Below are positions 32,466 to 42,275 of a stretch of 64,000 nt of DNA, piece by piece. A program made the translations under genes and the position numbers. The notes beneath the pieces were generated by a model. The model ran no database searches and was not told where the DNA came from. It saw only the letters and a program-made list of their open reading frames with translations. Numbering within the stretch: position 1 is the stretch's first letter; every line of letters begins with the position of its first letter. The DNA comes from Candidatus Aceula meridiana (GTDB taxonomy: Bacteria > Omnitrophota > Gorgyraeia > Zapsychrales > Aceulaceae): contig JAVCDE010000024.1 of assembly GCA_030765185.1 (NCBI GenBank), forward strand, positions 123,538 through 187,537, given 5' to 3'.

Positions 32466-34049
32466 TTAAACTTTAATCAATTTTACAAAAAGAATGTTTT
32501 TTATTTTTTGAAGCTCTTCAATAACTCTTTGGGGGGCTTCGCTATCGATGTTCACAACACTGATTGCCAATCCTCCCTTAGACTCACGTCCAAAGGTAAT
32601 GCTGGCGATGTTAATATCTTCTCTTGCTAAAACTGTCCCGACGGCACCAACAATTCCTGGCTGATCATTATTGTTAATAACGATAATATGTCCTAACGGT
32701 GAGGCTTCAACATAAACATTATCAATCTTAACAATGCGGGGCTTATTGTTGCTTGAAAGCGTCCCCCAAAGTGAAAAAGGCTCTTTATCTGTTGTAATTT
32801 CAAGGCGGATGAGATTAACAAATTCTTGTTCATCGTTAGAACTAATTTCCTCAATCTTGACCGCGCGATCTTTAGCAACATCAAAGGCGTTAACGACATT
32901 AATATTTTCACCTAAAGCCGGAAGCAAAACACCATAAACCAAGCTCATCGAGACAGGAGCAACTTTCTGCTCGCAAAAAACACCATTATAAATAATCTTA
33001 ATTTTCTCAACTCTTCCATTAATCAGCTGACCAGCAAACTTTCCCATCTGGTCGGCTAATTCTATGTATGGCTCAAGAATTTTATAAACTTGGGCATCTA
33101 CCGAAGGAAAGTTCGTCGCATTTGAAATACCTTGGCCAAGAAGGGCATTTTTAATAACATTAGCAATCTCAACAGCAACATTCACCTGCGCCTCGGATGT
33201 TGATGCTCCTAGGTGAGGCGTGGCAACGCAATTATCAAATTTGAATAGTGGAGAATTAAAATCCGGCGGTTCTTTCTCATAAACATCAACAGCGCATCCT
33301 TTGATGCGATCAGTTTCTAGAGCACGAACCAAGGCTTGTTCATCAACAATGCCGCCACGGGCACAATTGATAATGCGCACATCATTTTTCATAATTTCAA
33401 ATTCTTTATCAGAAATAAGGCTCTTAGTTTCTATGCTTTTAGGGACATGGATTGTAATGTAATCTGCCTGCTTCATCAGATCTTCAAACTCAACTAATTC
33501 AACTCCGATTTGCGCTGCTAGTTCTTGGGCTAAAAACGGATCATATCCAATAAGTTCCATGCCAAAAGATTTAGCCATGCGCGCAACTGTAGCTCCGATA
33601 CGTCCTAAGCCAATGATTCCTAATTTCTTTCCATAAAGCTCAACACCGGTAAACTTTGAACGTTCCCACTTTCCGCTTTTTAAAGAAGCACATGCTTGAG
33701 GAATGTTGCGTGATAGCGCTAGAATAAGGCTCATGGTCTGCTCGGCGGTTGAGGTGGTGTTCCCGCCAGGGGTGTTCATAACAACAATTCCCTTCTTGGT
33801 CGCAGCTTTTAAATCCACATTGTCAATGCCCACGCCGGCACGACCAATAAATTTTAATTTATCTGCCGCTTCGATAATCTCCGCAGTAACTTTTGTTGTA
33901 CTTCGAATAATTAAAGCGTCGTAGCCTTTGACAATGGACTTGAGTTGTTCGGGAGATAAACCGAATTTACAATCGACTTTAAATTCCCTAACAGCTTTCA
34001 GGATTTGAATGCCTTCGAGAGCTATTTTATCACTAATAAGAATTTTCAT
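32466..34049 (-). CDS. serA: D-3-phosphoglycerate dehydrogenase (long form, ASB+ACT)
   Basis: GRAGVGIDNVD, GLGRIG, NCARGG, DVYEKEP, TPHLGAST.EAQ, C-terminal ACT domain. Confidence 0.97.
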   Translation of the reverse strand: MKILISDKIALEGIQILKAVREFKVDCKFGLSPEQLKSIVKGYDALIIRSTTKVTAEIIEAADKLKFIGRAGVGIDNVDLKAATKKGIVVMNTPGGNTTSTAEQTMSLILALSRNIPQACASLKSGKWERSKFTGVELYGKKLGIIGLGRIGATVARMAKSFGMELIGYDPFLAQELAAQIGVELVEFEDLMKQADYITIHVPKSIETKSLISDKEFEIMKNDVRIINCARGGIVDEQALVRALETDRIKGCAVDVYEKEPPDFNSPLFKFDNCVATPHLGASTSEAQVNVAVEIANVIKNALLGQGISNATNFPSVDAQVYKILEPYIELADQMGKFAGQLINGRVEKIKIIYNGVFCEQKVAPVSMSLVYGVLLPALGENINVVNAFDVAKDRAVKIEEISSNDEQEFVNLIRLEITTDKEPFSLWGTLSSNNKPRIVKIDNVYVEASPLGHIIVINNNDQPGIVGAVGTVLAREDINIASITFGRESKGGLAISVVNIDSEAPQRVIEELQKIKNILFVKLIKV

Positions 34050-34075
34050 TTAAAATAAAACACTTCTTTAGAATA

Positions 34076-34684
34076 TTACTTTTGTTTATCCGTATTAACA
34101 ATAACTTCATCAATCAAACCATATTCCTTGGCTTCCTCAGCGCTCATGAAAAAATCTCTATCGGAATCTGATTCAACCTTTTCAATGGCTTGACCTGTAT
34201 GATTTGCTAAAATTTTAATAAGATCTGATTTTAATCTCTGGATTTCAAGAGCCTGAATGGTAATATCACTCGCTGTTCCCTGAACACCACCCCAAGGCTG
34301 ATGAATCATAATCCTCGAATAAGGAAGAGAATATCTCTTGCCCTTGGTACCAGCTGTTAACAAAACTGAACCCATGCTGGCAGCCTGACCCATGCAATAA
34401 GTTCGGATGTCCGGTTTTAAAAATTGCATTGTATCGTAAATTGCCAATCCAGCCGTCACTGATCCGCCCGGCGAGTTAACATAGATACTAATATCCTTCG
34501 TCGCATCTTCTGACTGCAAGAAAAGAAGCTGCGCAATAATAACATTCGCGACATTATCATCAATGGCAGTTCCGATGAAAACAATTCGCTCTTTCAAAAG
34601 ACGCGAATAAATATCATAAGCACGTTCGGCTTGTCCATTTTTTTCAACAACCATCGGGACTAAAAGTTGACCTTTATAATCCAT
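34076..34684 (-). CDS. clpP: ATP-dependent Clp protease proteolytic subunit
   Basis: DIYSRLL.ERI, NSPGG, GQAASMG, MIHQP, DRD.FM; TAATG overlap with the tig stop. Confidence 0.98.
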   Translation of the reverse strand: MDYKGQLLVPMVVEKNGQAERAYDIYSRLLKERIVFIGTAIDDNVANVIIAQLLFLQSEDATKDISIYVNSPGGSVTAGLAIYDTMQFLKPDIRTYCMGQAASMGSVLLTAGTKGKRYSLPYSRIMIHQPWGGVQGTASDITIQALEIQRLKSDLIKILANHTGQAIEKVESDSDRDFFMSAEEAKEYGLIDEVIVNTDKQK

Positions 34685-35580
34685 TATTTTGCCTCCTCCC
34701 ATTGGGCTTCTTTCAATAAAAAGCCAATCACTTTTTGAAGTAAATTTTCACCTTGTTCAAGCTTAATGTTTTCTTGCTGTGCAATCTTTTCCAGAATGAA
34801 ATACGCCTTTACATCCCGTTCGGCGTTTGGTTTCATTTTCTTAATGAATTCCTCAACCTTTTTATCTAAGTCTTCTTTTTTAACACCCTGTTTCTCCATG
34901 CGCTGACGAGTATCTGCGGCAAGCCGATTAAGATGTCTTTCCACTGTTGTCTTCGGCACATCAAACTTTGTATTCTTAACAAGAAATTCAACAACTTGAT
35001 TTTCAATATCAAAACGATTCTGCCGCTCTTTTTCAAGCTCCATTTGTCGACGGAATGAAGCTTTAAGTTCTTCAAGGTTTGGATAGCCAAGGCCCTTTGC
35101 AAACTCATCATCAATCTTAACCTCGCCCTTGTCCTTACCTTGCGCTTGTTTAAAGAAATCAAGAGTTTTGGTAAGCTCTTCATCTCTAACTTCCATCTTT
35201 TTCTTTTTGACTTTAATTCCCTTATAATCTTTAACCGTAAATTCGGGACGAATATCCAACGTTGCGGTAAAAGAAATAATTCCATCTTGAAACTTCACAT
35301 CAAATATATCCGGCAAATCAATAGGATTAAGCTTCTCAGTAACAATGCCTTCTTGATATACTTCAGGGATGACGCGCTCCATCATTTTTTCGTTAGCAAT
35401 CTTGCCATGCTCAGATTCTAAAAGATGACGCGGAGCTTTGCCAGGACGAAAACCCTTAATTTTGGCAGTCTTCCCAATCTCCTGATAAACTTCTTCTAAT
35501 TTTTGCTTAATGCGGTCTTTTGAAATTTCAAACTTCATTTCTCTTTTTGTTGCATCAACTTTTTTTACTTCAACTTTCAT
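34684..35580 (-). CDS. tig: Trigger factor lacking the FKBP/PPIase domain
   Basis: Ribosome-binding GFRPGKAP motif; N-domain joined directly to DDEFAK...LEELK C-domain; only 298 aa; precedes clpP. Confidence 0.92.
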   Translation of the reverse strand: MKVEVKKVDATKREMKFEISKDRIKQKLEEVYQEIGKTAKIKGFRPGKAPRHLLESEHGKIANEKMMERVIPEVYQEGIVTEKLNPIDLPDIFDVKFQDGIISFTATLDIRPEFTVKDYKGIKVKKKKMEVRDEELTKTLDFFKQAQGKDKGEVKIDDEFAKGLGYPNLEELKASFRRQMELEKERQNRFDIENQVVEFLVKNTKFDVPKTTVERHLNRLAADTRQRMEKQGVKKEDLDKKVEEFIKKMKPNAERDVKAYFILEKIAQQENIKLEQGENLLQKVIGFLLKEAQWEEAK

Positions 35581-35620
35581 AATTTAAATTGTCCACCTTC
35601 CTTAAAACGTGTTTTACTTT

Positions 35621-35671
35621 TATTAACTACATCCTAAACTATTAACTACATCCTGAACCTACATCCTAAAC
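35621..35671. repeat. Triplicated 13-bp lptB 3' end within a 19-bp tandem duplication
   Basis: CTACATCCTRAAC at 35627, 35646 and 35659; TATTAACTACATCCTRAAC twice at 35621-35658. Confidence 0.9.
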
Positions 35672-36381
35672 TTATCACCTAAATAAATCTGTCGCGCTTT
35701 CGAATCATTGACCAACTGGTCTGCTGTTCCTGAAATAAGAATTTCCCCATCAGCGACTAAATAAGCCCTATCAGTAATCGATAACGTCTCACGGACATTG
35801 TGATCTGTTACGAGAATTCCTAACCCTCTATTTTTTAAATCCTTAATAATTTCCTGAGCTTCAGCGACAACAATCGGATCAATTCCAGAAAAAGGTTCAT
35901 CCAGCAACAAAAATGAAGGATTGGTTACAAGAGCCCTTGTAATTTCTAATCGCCGTCTCTCTCCGCCTGATAATGTAAAAGCCTTACTTTTAGCCAAATG
36001 ACCAATATTAAGCTCTTCAAGAAGGTTGTTCAAACGTCGCTTTCTTTCACGAGGAGAAATTTTCAATGTCTCTAGAATAACCATGATATTTTCTTCAACC
36101 GTTAACTTACGAAAAACCGAAGGTTCCTGCGCCAAATAGCCAATTCCTAAATGACATCTTTCATGAATCGCCTTGCGTGTAATATTCTGATGATCAAAAA
36201 GAACCTCTCCCTCATCAGGACGAATAATGCCAACTGCCATATAAAATGTCGTCGTTTTGCCGGCTCCATTGGGCCCGAGAAGTCCAACGATTTCTGAGCG
36301 GCCCACAGAAATGCTTAAATTGTTAACAACGCGGCGTCCACCGTAAATCTTGACTAAATTTTTAGTTTCCAAAAGATACAT
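35659..36381 (-). CDS. lptB: LPS export ABC transporter ATP-binding protein
   Basis: GPNGAGKTT, GYLAQEPSVFRKLTV, LSGGERRR.EI.RAL, LLDEPF.G.DP, TDHNVRETL, YLG..F. Confidence 0.97.
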   Translation of the reverse strand: MYLLETKNLVKIYGGRRVVNNLSISVGRSEIVGLLGPNGAGKTTTFYMAVGIIRPDEGEVLFDHQNITRKAIHERCHLGIGYLAQEPSVFRKLTVEENIMVILETLKISPRERKRRLNNLLEELNIGHLAKSKAFTLSGGERRRLEITRALVTNPSFLLLDEPFSGIDPIVVAEAQEIIKDLKNRGLGILVTDHNVRETLSITDRAYLVADGEILISGTADQLVNDSKARQIYLGDKFRM

Positions 36382-37213
36382 TATTGTCCTTATTTTGGTC
36401 CATATACATTAAAAGTTTAGGTCGCCCTGATAAAATAATTTTCTTCTCCTGCGCCTTATAAACAGCCTTGTCAGAATAGGAAGCGTTTTCTCCTTGAACA
36501 ATCAAAACATTACCGATACAAACAACCTGATCAATCTTGCTTGTCTTTTGATCAAAGAACAACAACATTTTATCTGCCATAAGCTTACGGTCTTCATCAA
36601 CAGCAATAACATTTTCATTAAAAACAGCGGTCTGTTTCTCGTAGTCGATTTCCATAGGGCCATCACACGTGACGGTCAGAACACCTGCCAAAGGGTCCTT
36701 ATCACTGCTGCGATCATACTCAACGGTAACATCTTTGTTAAGCTGAGCAGTTTTTAAACCAGGCTGCGCAAAAGCACCTTGGCCCACAGCTTTCATATTT
36801 TCTCTTAAAATTGTAACTTCTTCTTCCGTGCTTACAACATCTTTTTCTTTGTCCCAGTCTATCGCATCGGTCAACATCTGTGCTCCGGTCTCGGTTGTCA
36901 TTACAACATCACCCTCAAGACGCATCTGACCGCTATCTTTGTTGACCTTGCCTGTCTTGGCTGTTACGTTCATGTCTTCTTGGCCATAGGAATTCGCATC
37001 AACGTTAGTAATATTGATTTGGCTGCCTTCGACTTTAGCTGTTTCCCCTTTTAAATCCCAAGTCTTATCACCATCTTCCCCATAGCCGACCAAGTCAAAA
37101 CCTTCAAAGGACTGCCCAGATAGGTCCTCTTCCTCGTTCTGAGCAAACGAAGAAAAAGAAAATGCCAAACCAATAACAACAATACAAGCTAAAGAAATAA
37201 TTTTTTTTCTCAT
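36362..37213 (-). CDS. LptC-LptA/OstA double beta-jellyroll fusion protein
   Basis: N-terminal hydrophobic helix; LptC-like half (W.L.G..A, L.GDVV, L.TD.I.W) and LptA-like half (AVF..NV, ADKM, GNV.I.Q, A.Y, I.LSG.P); lies between kdsC and lptB. Confidence 0.82.
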   Translation of the reverse strand: MRKKIISLACIVVIGLAFSFSSFAQNEEEDLSGQSFEGFDLVGYGEDGDKTWDLKGETAKVEGSQINITNVDANSYGQEDMNVTAKTGKVNKDSGQMRLEGDVVMTTETGAQMLTDAIDWDKEKDVVSTEEEVTILRENMKAVGQGAFAQPGLKTAQLNKDVTVEYDRSSDKDPLAGVLTVTCDGPMEIDYEKQTAVFNENVIAVDEDRKLMADKMLLFFDQKTSKIDQVVCIGNVLIVQGENASYSDKAVYKAQEKKIILSGRPKLLMYMDQNKDNNVSFGN

Positions 37214-37218
37214 AAAAA

Positions 37219-37758
37219 TCAAATGTCCTGAGAAATCGCCTGCTGCCATTTCCCTTGAGTTTTTAAAATAAGTTCAATCACCTCACGCACAGCACCATCG
37301 CCGCCTTCTTTTTTTGTGACAAAGGAGGCGATCTTCTTGACCTCTGAAACAGCATTGCGCACGGTGACTGGAAATCCAACACGCTTTAAAATTTGATAAT
37401 CAGTAATATCGTCTCCGACAAAACAAACATTTTCATCTTTAACGCGAAAATTCTTAAGCATTTTTTCATAAGAAAGAACCTTTGGATAAGCCCCTAAATA
37501 CAGCTTGTCAATGTTCAAATAATCCGCCCGCACTTTAACAACGTTAGAATTCCCTGCGGTGATAATAGCAGTCTTGATACCAGAACGTTTCAAAATGATA
37601 ATTCCAAAGCCGTCTTGCACATTAAAACTTTTCAGTTCCCGGCTTTGCCCATCAAAAATTAATTTCCCATCGGTCATAACGCCATCAACATCCAAAGCAA
37701 GAACTTTGATTTTTTGAATTTTATTTTTAAGCGCTTTCGATACTGCCATTTTAAACAA
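37219..37758 (-). CDS. kdsC: Kdo 8-phosphate phosphatase (HAD)
   Basis: LDVDGVMTDG, F.VQDG.GI, VGDD..D, GG.GAVRE. Confidence 0.95.
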   Translation of the reverse strand: MFKMAVSKALKNKIQKIKVLALDVDGVMTDGKLIFDGQSRELKSFNVQDGFGIIILKRSGIKTAIITAGNSNVVKVRADYLNIDKLYLGAYPKVLSYEKMLKNFRVKDENVCFVGDDITDYQILKRVGFPVTVRNAVSEVKKIASFVTKKEGGDGAVREVIELILKTQGKWQQAISQDI

Positions 37759-38710
37759 TCCCTGCTTTTAATAAATCTTGAACATCAAGAAGCCCGACAG
37801 ATTTTCCTTTTTTGTCAACAACCGGAATTTCATCAATACGCTTTTCTTGCATAACACGAAAAGCTTCCGCCGCTAGGTCGTCCTCAAAGATAACAGTCGG
37901 TTTTTTCGTCATAACATTCTTAACCTGCAAATTTAAGAGTGCAGATCCCGATTTTAAATGCCTACGCAAATCCCCATCTGTAAAAATTCCTAAAAGTTTT
38001 CCATTTTCATTAATAATACAAGCCGATCCACAGCGTGTGCGAGTAATAGCCAAAAGTACATCTTTAATTCCTGAGGCTGGCTTCATCCTCGGATAGTTCT
38101 TTCCTGTGCGCATAATATCTTTGACTCTCAAAAGAAGATTGCGCCCTAAAGACCCTCCAGGATGATAAAAAGCAAACTTTTCCCTCTTAAAGCCTTTTTT
38201 GTCAATTAAACACGCAGCCAACGCATCCCCCATTACAAGCGTCGCTGTCGTCGATGCCATAGGAGCCAGCCCTAAAGGACAACCTTCTTTTTTGACTCCG
38301 ACATCCAAAGCCACATCACAATATTTTCCAAGTGTTGATTTTAAATTACCTGTTATCGCGATAGACTTAACACCGATCTTTTTAAGAAGCGGGACCAAAC
38401 GCCTTGTCTCCTCTGTCTCTCCGCTATGTGAAATGAGAATAATAACATCTAATTTCTTTACCTGGCCTAAATCTCCATGAACAGCTTCAGCGCTGTGAAG
38501 CCAGATTGCCGGTGTTCCGGTCGATGACAAAGTCGCTGCGATTTTGCGACCAATTAAACCCGTCTTTCCCATTCCGGAGACAACAACCCGTCCTTTGCAT
38601 TGAGCCAAAAGACTAACGGCCTTCACAAATTGCGGACCAATGTATTTTTTTAAATTCAAAATCGCTTTTGCTTCGATATCAATAACAGATTTTGCTCTTT
38701 TTAAAACCAT
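37751..38710 (-). CDS. kdsD: Arabinose 5-phosphate isomerase (KpsF/GutQ, SIS+CBS)
   Basis: GMGK.G.IG.KIAAT..STGTP, EA.HGDLG, S.SGET, HPGG.LG, TDGDLRR. Confidence 0.96.
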   Translation of the reverse strand: MVLKRAKSVIDIEAKAILNLKKYIGPQFVKAVSLLAQCKGRVVVSGMGKTGLIGRKIAATLSSTGTPAIWLHSAEAVHGDLGQVKKLDVIILISHSGETEETRRLVPLLKKIGVKSIAITGNLKSTLGKYCDVALDVGVKKEGCPLGLAPMASTTATLVMGDALAACLIDKKGFKREKFAFYHPGGSLGRNLLLRVKDIMRTGKNYPRMKPASGIKDVLLAITRTRCGSACIINENGKLLGIFTDGDLRRHLKSGSALLNLQVKNVMTKKPTVIFEDDLAAEAFRVMQEKRIDEIPVVDKKGKSVGLLDVQDLLKAGIV

Positions 38711-38719
38711 GATAACCTC

Positions 38720-39544
38720 TTATTTTGCTTTGACGATATGATCAATCGCTTTAAGCTCTTTTAATAACTTCTTAAGTTTTAGCAACGGAAACGAATTAGG
38801 CCCGTCAGATAATGCCTGCTTAGGATGCGGATGCACTTCTAAGAATAAAGCATTAACTCCCGCAGCAACAGAGCAACGTGCCAAAAGCGGTATAAACTCG
38901 CTGTTTCCTCCGGACGACTCTCCTAATCCCCCAGGCTGCTGAACGCTATGGGTCGCATCATACACAACCGGATAACCAGTCTTGGCCATAATTTCTAACG
39001 AACGAAAATCACTTACAAGATTATTGTAGCCAAAGCTAGCGCCTCTTTCGGTTAAGAGAACCTTTTTGTTACCTGTGCTTTCAATCTTTTTAATAACTGG
39101 CCCCATATCCCAAGGCGCCAAAAATTGACCTTTTTTGATATTAATAATTTTCTTAGTTTTCGCAGCCGCGACAACTAAGTCCGTCTGGCGGCACAAAAAT
39201 GCCGGAACCTGTAAAATATCAAGAACCTTGGAGGCCTCAGCAATCTCTTCAATTCTATGAACATCACTTAAAACAGGAACACCGACATGCTCTTTAATAT
39301 CTTTTAAAATTGCTAACCCTTTTCTAAGGCCAGGCCCACGAAAAGAACTAATCGACGTCCGGTTTGCCTTGTCGTAACTTGCTTTAAAAATAAACGGGAT
39401 CCCAACCTCGTCAGAAATTTGTTTTAATGTTTTAGCGAGCCGTAGAGCAAACGTTCTTCCTTCGATGACACATGGCCCGGCGATAAGAACAAAAGGATTT
39501 TTCCCGCCTATGGAAATTTTTCCGATCTTAATGATCTTGCTCAC
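38720..39544 (-). CDS. kdsA: Kdo 8-phosphate synthase
   Basis: IAGPCVIE, KAS.DKANRTS, PAFLCRQTD, KKGQF, ERG..FGY, DATHSVQ.PG, SDGP. Confidence 0.97.
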   Translation of the reverse strand: MSKIIKIGKISIGGKNPFVLIAGPCVIEGRTFALRLAKTLKQISDEVGIPFIFKASYDKANRTSISSFRGPGLRKGLAILKDIKEHVGVPVLSDVHRIEEIAEASKVLDILQVPAFLCRQTDLVVAAAKTKKIINIKKGQFLAPWDMGPVIKKIESTGNKKVLLTERGASFGYNNLVSDFRSLEIMAKTGYPVVYDATHSVQQPGGLGESSGGNSEFIPLLARCSVAAGVNALFLEVHPHPKQALSDGPNSFPLLKLKKLLKELKAIDHIVKAK

Positions 39545-39547
39545 GCT

Positions 39548-40285
39548 TTATACTCCTTTTTTTAAAATCGCTTTAACTCTCTTTAAATCTTCCGCCGTAT
39601 CAACGCCAATCGAATCTTTATCGGTGATGACAGTTTTAATTGCATATCCAGATTCCAAGATACGAAGTTGTTCCAGCTTCTCAATACCTTCTAGCCTTGA
39701 GGCTGGCAGCTTATTAAATCCAATTAAAAAACTTTTTCGGTAAGCATAAATTCCAAGATGCTTATAATATAAAAGTTTCGTAAATTTTTCTCCATCCCGA
39801 TTAAAAGGAATCCGTGAACGCGAAAAATAAAGCGCATAATGATCTTTACAAATAACAACCTTAACAACATTAGGATTATCAACTTCTCGTCTATTTTCTA
39901 ATCTTTTGATAACCGTTGCCACAGATGCGCGGCTTTCCTTGATAAGGCATTTTACCAAATCATCCATTGCTCCAGGATCCATCAAGGGCTCATCCCCTTG
40001 AATATTGACAATAATGGCAGCCTGAATGTCTTTAACAGCTTCGGCGATCCTGTCTGACCCAGATTGGCAATCTTTTGAAGTTAAAACAACTCGCGCACCA
40101 AAACCTTGACAAACACCTTTAACTTTTTCGCTGTCCGTAGCAATAATAACCTCATCAATCATTTTGGCTTGTTTTGCCTTTTCCCAAACATGCTGAATCA
40201 AAGGTTTGCCAAAAATATTAATAAGAACTTTGCCTTTTAGGCGGGTTGACCCGTATCTTGCAGGAATGACACCAATAACTTTCAT
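39548..40285 (-). CDS. kdsB: CMP-Kdo synthetase
   Basis: IPARYGSTRL.GK, SGSDR, NIQGDEP, ALYFSR..IP, H.GIYAY, LE.IEKLEQLR.LE, GVDT. Confidence 0.97.
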   Translation of the reverse strand: MKVIGVIPARYGSTRLKGKVLINIFGKPLIQHVWEKAKQAKMIDEVIIATDSEKVKGVCQGFGARVVLTSKDCQSGSDRIAEAVKDIQAAIIVNIQGDEPLMDPGAMDDLVKCLIKESRASVATVIKRLENRREVDNPNVVKVVICKDHYALYFSRSRIPFNRDGEKFTKLLYYKHLGIYAYRKSFLIGFNKLPASRLEGIEKLEQLRILESGYAIKTVITDKDSIGVDTAEDLKRVKAILKKGV

Positions 40286-40297
40286 AAATTTAAGTCT

Positions 40298-41335
40298 TTA
40301 TAGTTGGTTAAGAATCTCTTGTGGGCTTACGGCAACGGCCCCTGTTTTGGCAACAACCACGCCAGCAGCGCAATTAGCTAAAAAAGCAGCCTCTCGCTTA
40401 GTCGCACCACTTGCCAAACTTAATGTAAAAACAGAAATAACTGTATCCCCGGCACCGCTGACATCAAAAACTTCTTTAGCTTTTGTTTCAATATGAAAAG
40501 GCTCGTTGCCTTTTTCAAATAAATACATGCCTTCATCCCCTAAGGTCACGAGCAATGATTCAAGCTTCAGATGACTTAAAATAGCCTTTCCGGCTTTCTG
40601 TACGTCTTTTAACGTTTGTAGTTTATCTTTCTTAATATTTAGGCTGCGGCCTTTTGTCTGCGTAATTATAATATCGCGGATAGCATTTTGAGCTTCATTC
40701 TTGTTAGGAGTAATTGCGGTAACTTTTGAATAATAATGAAAATGTTCGACCTTAGGATCGACGGTAATAATTTTTTTATTTTGAATCGCTAGCTTACAGA
40801 CGCGAGTAACAAGATCTTTGGTAACAACGCCTTTTCCATAATCAGAAATAATAATCGCATCAAAGCTATCAATCTTTTTCTCAATAAAATTAAAAATCTT
40901 TCGATTAACTCCATCAGGCCCTAAATCGCGGGTGTCTTCCCGGTCTACACGAACAAGCTGCTGATGCTGGGCAATGATGCGGGTTTTAAGGGCGGTGGGA
41001 ATACGTTTGTCGATAAAAAGACCACGAACATCAATTTTACGCCTTCTAAGCTCTTTTTTGAGAATTTTCTCTTCGCGGTCTTGGCCAACCCGTCCCACTA
41101 AAACAACCTTCGCGCCTAAACGGCTTAAGTTATTGGCAACATTGGCTGATCCGCCAGGCGTGTAATGTGGATGCCCATCTTGAAGAACAACGGGAACAGG
41201 AGCTTCTGGGGAAATCCTTGAAACAGAGCCTTGAATATACTGATCAAGAATTACATCTCCGACAACAAGGATCTTCTTATTCTTAAAGGAGGCAATAATC
41301 TTGTTGAAATGACTCATGTTACGAAATTTTACCAT
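40298..41335 (-). CDS. rfaE1: D-glycero-beta-D-manno-heptose-7-phosphate kinase (stand-alone HldE kinase domain, PfkB family)
   Basis: VGDVILD.Y..G...RISPEAPVPV, GG.ANVA, SDYGKG, TPN..EA, DVSGAGDTV. Confidence 0.93.
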   Translation of the reverse strand: MVKFRNMSHFNKIIASFKNKKILVVGDVILDQYIQGSVSRISPEAPVPVVLQDGHPHYTPGGSANVANNLSRLGAKVVLVGRVGQDREEKILKKELRRRKIDVRGLFIDKRIPTALKTRIIAQHQQLVRVDREDTRDLGPDGVNRKIFNFIEKKIDSFDAIIISDYGKGVVTKDLVTRVCKLAIQNKKIITVDPKVEHFHYYSKVTAITPNKNEAQNAIRDIIITQTKGRSLNIKKDKLQTLKDVQKAGKAILSHLKLESLLVTLGDEGMYLFEKGNEPFHIETKAKEVFDVSGAGDTVISVFTLSLASGATKREAAFLANCAAGVVVAKTGAVAVSPQEILNQL

Positions 41336-41383
41336 TTTCTTTATTTATAAATATAAATATACAAAAGCTTAACCGAAGAAGCG

Positions 41384-41412
41384 ATTTTAGCATAGTTTGC
41401 AGAAAGCGTCAA
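41384..41412 (-). promoter_or_regulatory. Putative sigma70 promoter for the rfaE1-kdsBADC-lpt operon
   Basis: Minus-strand TTGACG-N17-TAAAAT with extended TGc. Confidence 0.65.
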
Positions 41413-41494
41413 ACATTTATGGTGTTTGCAATTGGATGAAAAATCTCTCAATAATAATGGAAAAAATAGCTATTTTTTAGGTAGGATTTTAAAG

Positions 41495-41766
41495 CTATTC
41501 AAAGACGTAATGTTTTTTAACAGCCTTTTTAATACGCCAGGTGCAGCTCAATCCCTTTGGAAAAGTCACCAAATCGCCTCCACCAAAGCTAACTGCACTG
41601 CCATCGAAAAGACTAACTTCAGCCTCTCCTCCCCCAGCAGATAACAGATTTCTTTATCCTCATAATGCCAATCAAAGGCGCTTTCTTGTTTCTGCCAAAT
41701 AGGCCATTGGTTAACACCAAGGCTATTAAGCTCTTGCGGGGTTGGTTTCTCTACAACAATATGCAT
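41495..41766 (-). pseudogene. Frameshifted small cupin (DUF861/cupin_3-like)
   Basis: N-half WPIWQK..S.FDWHY...E.CYLL continues in another frame as GEAEV...GGGDLVTFPKGLSCTWRIKKAVKKHYVFE*; the shift is at the G5 tract 41631-41635. Confidence 0.85.
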
Positions 41767-41775
41767 TTTTATCTG

Positions 41776-42264
41776 CTAACCCTCGTTTTTGAGTAATTCT
41801 TTAAAATCATTGCGGGTGAGATTGCCTTTGTACCCGATTTCAACAACTTCTAAAATCGTGACTTTAAAAATAACAAATTTATTAGACATTCCAATCTCAA
41901 AATCTTCATGCCTTTTCTTATCACGAATCCCAGAAATAAGACGTGTGACTGTCAAAGCCATTTCCTTTTCCTGCAAATCATCCACAAGCTGCTGGCAAAT
42001 TCCATCGCCTTCAATAATTTTTGCAACTCCCTTGACTTGATATCCTTTAAGGGATTCTTGATCTACAAAAGACAAAGAAACGCGTGAATCGCGCTTCAAA
42101 TTTTCCCAAGTTTTCCCAATCGTGCAATCAACTAAATAAATAAACTCATCGGGAATTTTTAAAATAAGTTTAGGGGCAGAGTTGGGATACCCGTCTGAAT
42201 TAGCCGTCGCAACATCAATAAATTGAATCTTGTTCAAAAGTTTTTTAAAATTGTTGGTATTCAC
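41776..42264 (-). CDS. Pyridoxamine 5'-phosphate oxidase-like FMN-binding protein
   Basis: VATA...G.PN.APK, KT.ENL......SL, GYQ.KG.A; GTG start. Confidence 0.8.
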   Translation of the reverse strand: MNTNNFKKLLNKIQFIDVATANSDGYPNSAPKLILKIPDEFIYLVDCTIGKTWENLKRDSRVSLSFVDQESLKGYQVKGVAKIIEGDGICQQLVDDLQEKEMALTVTRLISGIRDKKRHEDFEIGMSNKFVIFKVTILEVVEIGYKGNLTRNDFKELLKNEG

Positions 42265-42275
42265 AGATAAAATCT

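Noticed and set aside
35621-35671. Possible mini-CRISPR array
   Set aside because: The repeats are 13-19 bp with 0-6 nt between them, there are no unique spacers, and no cas genes are present.
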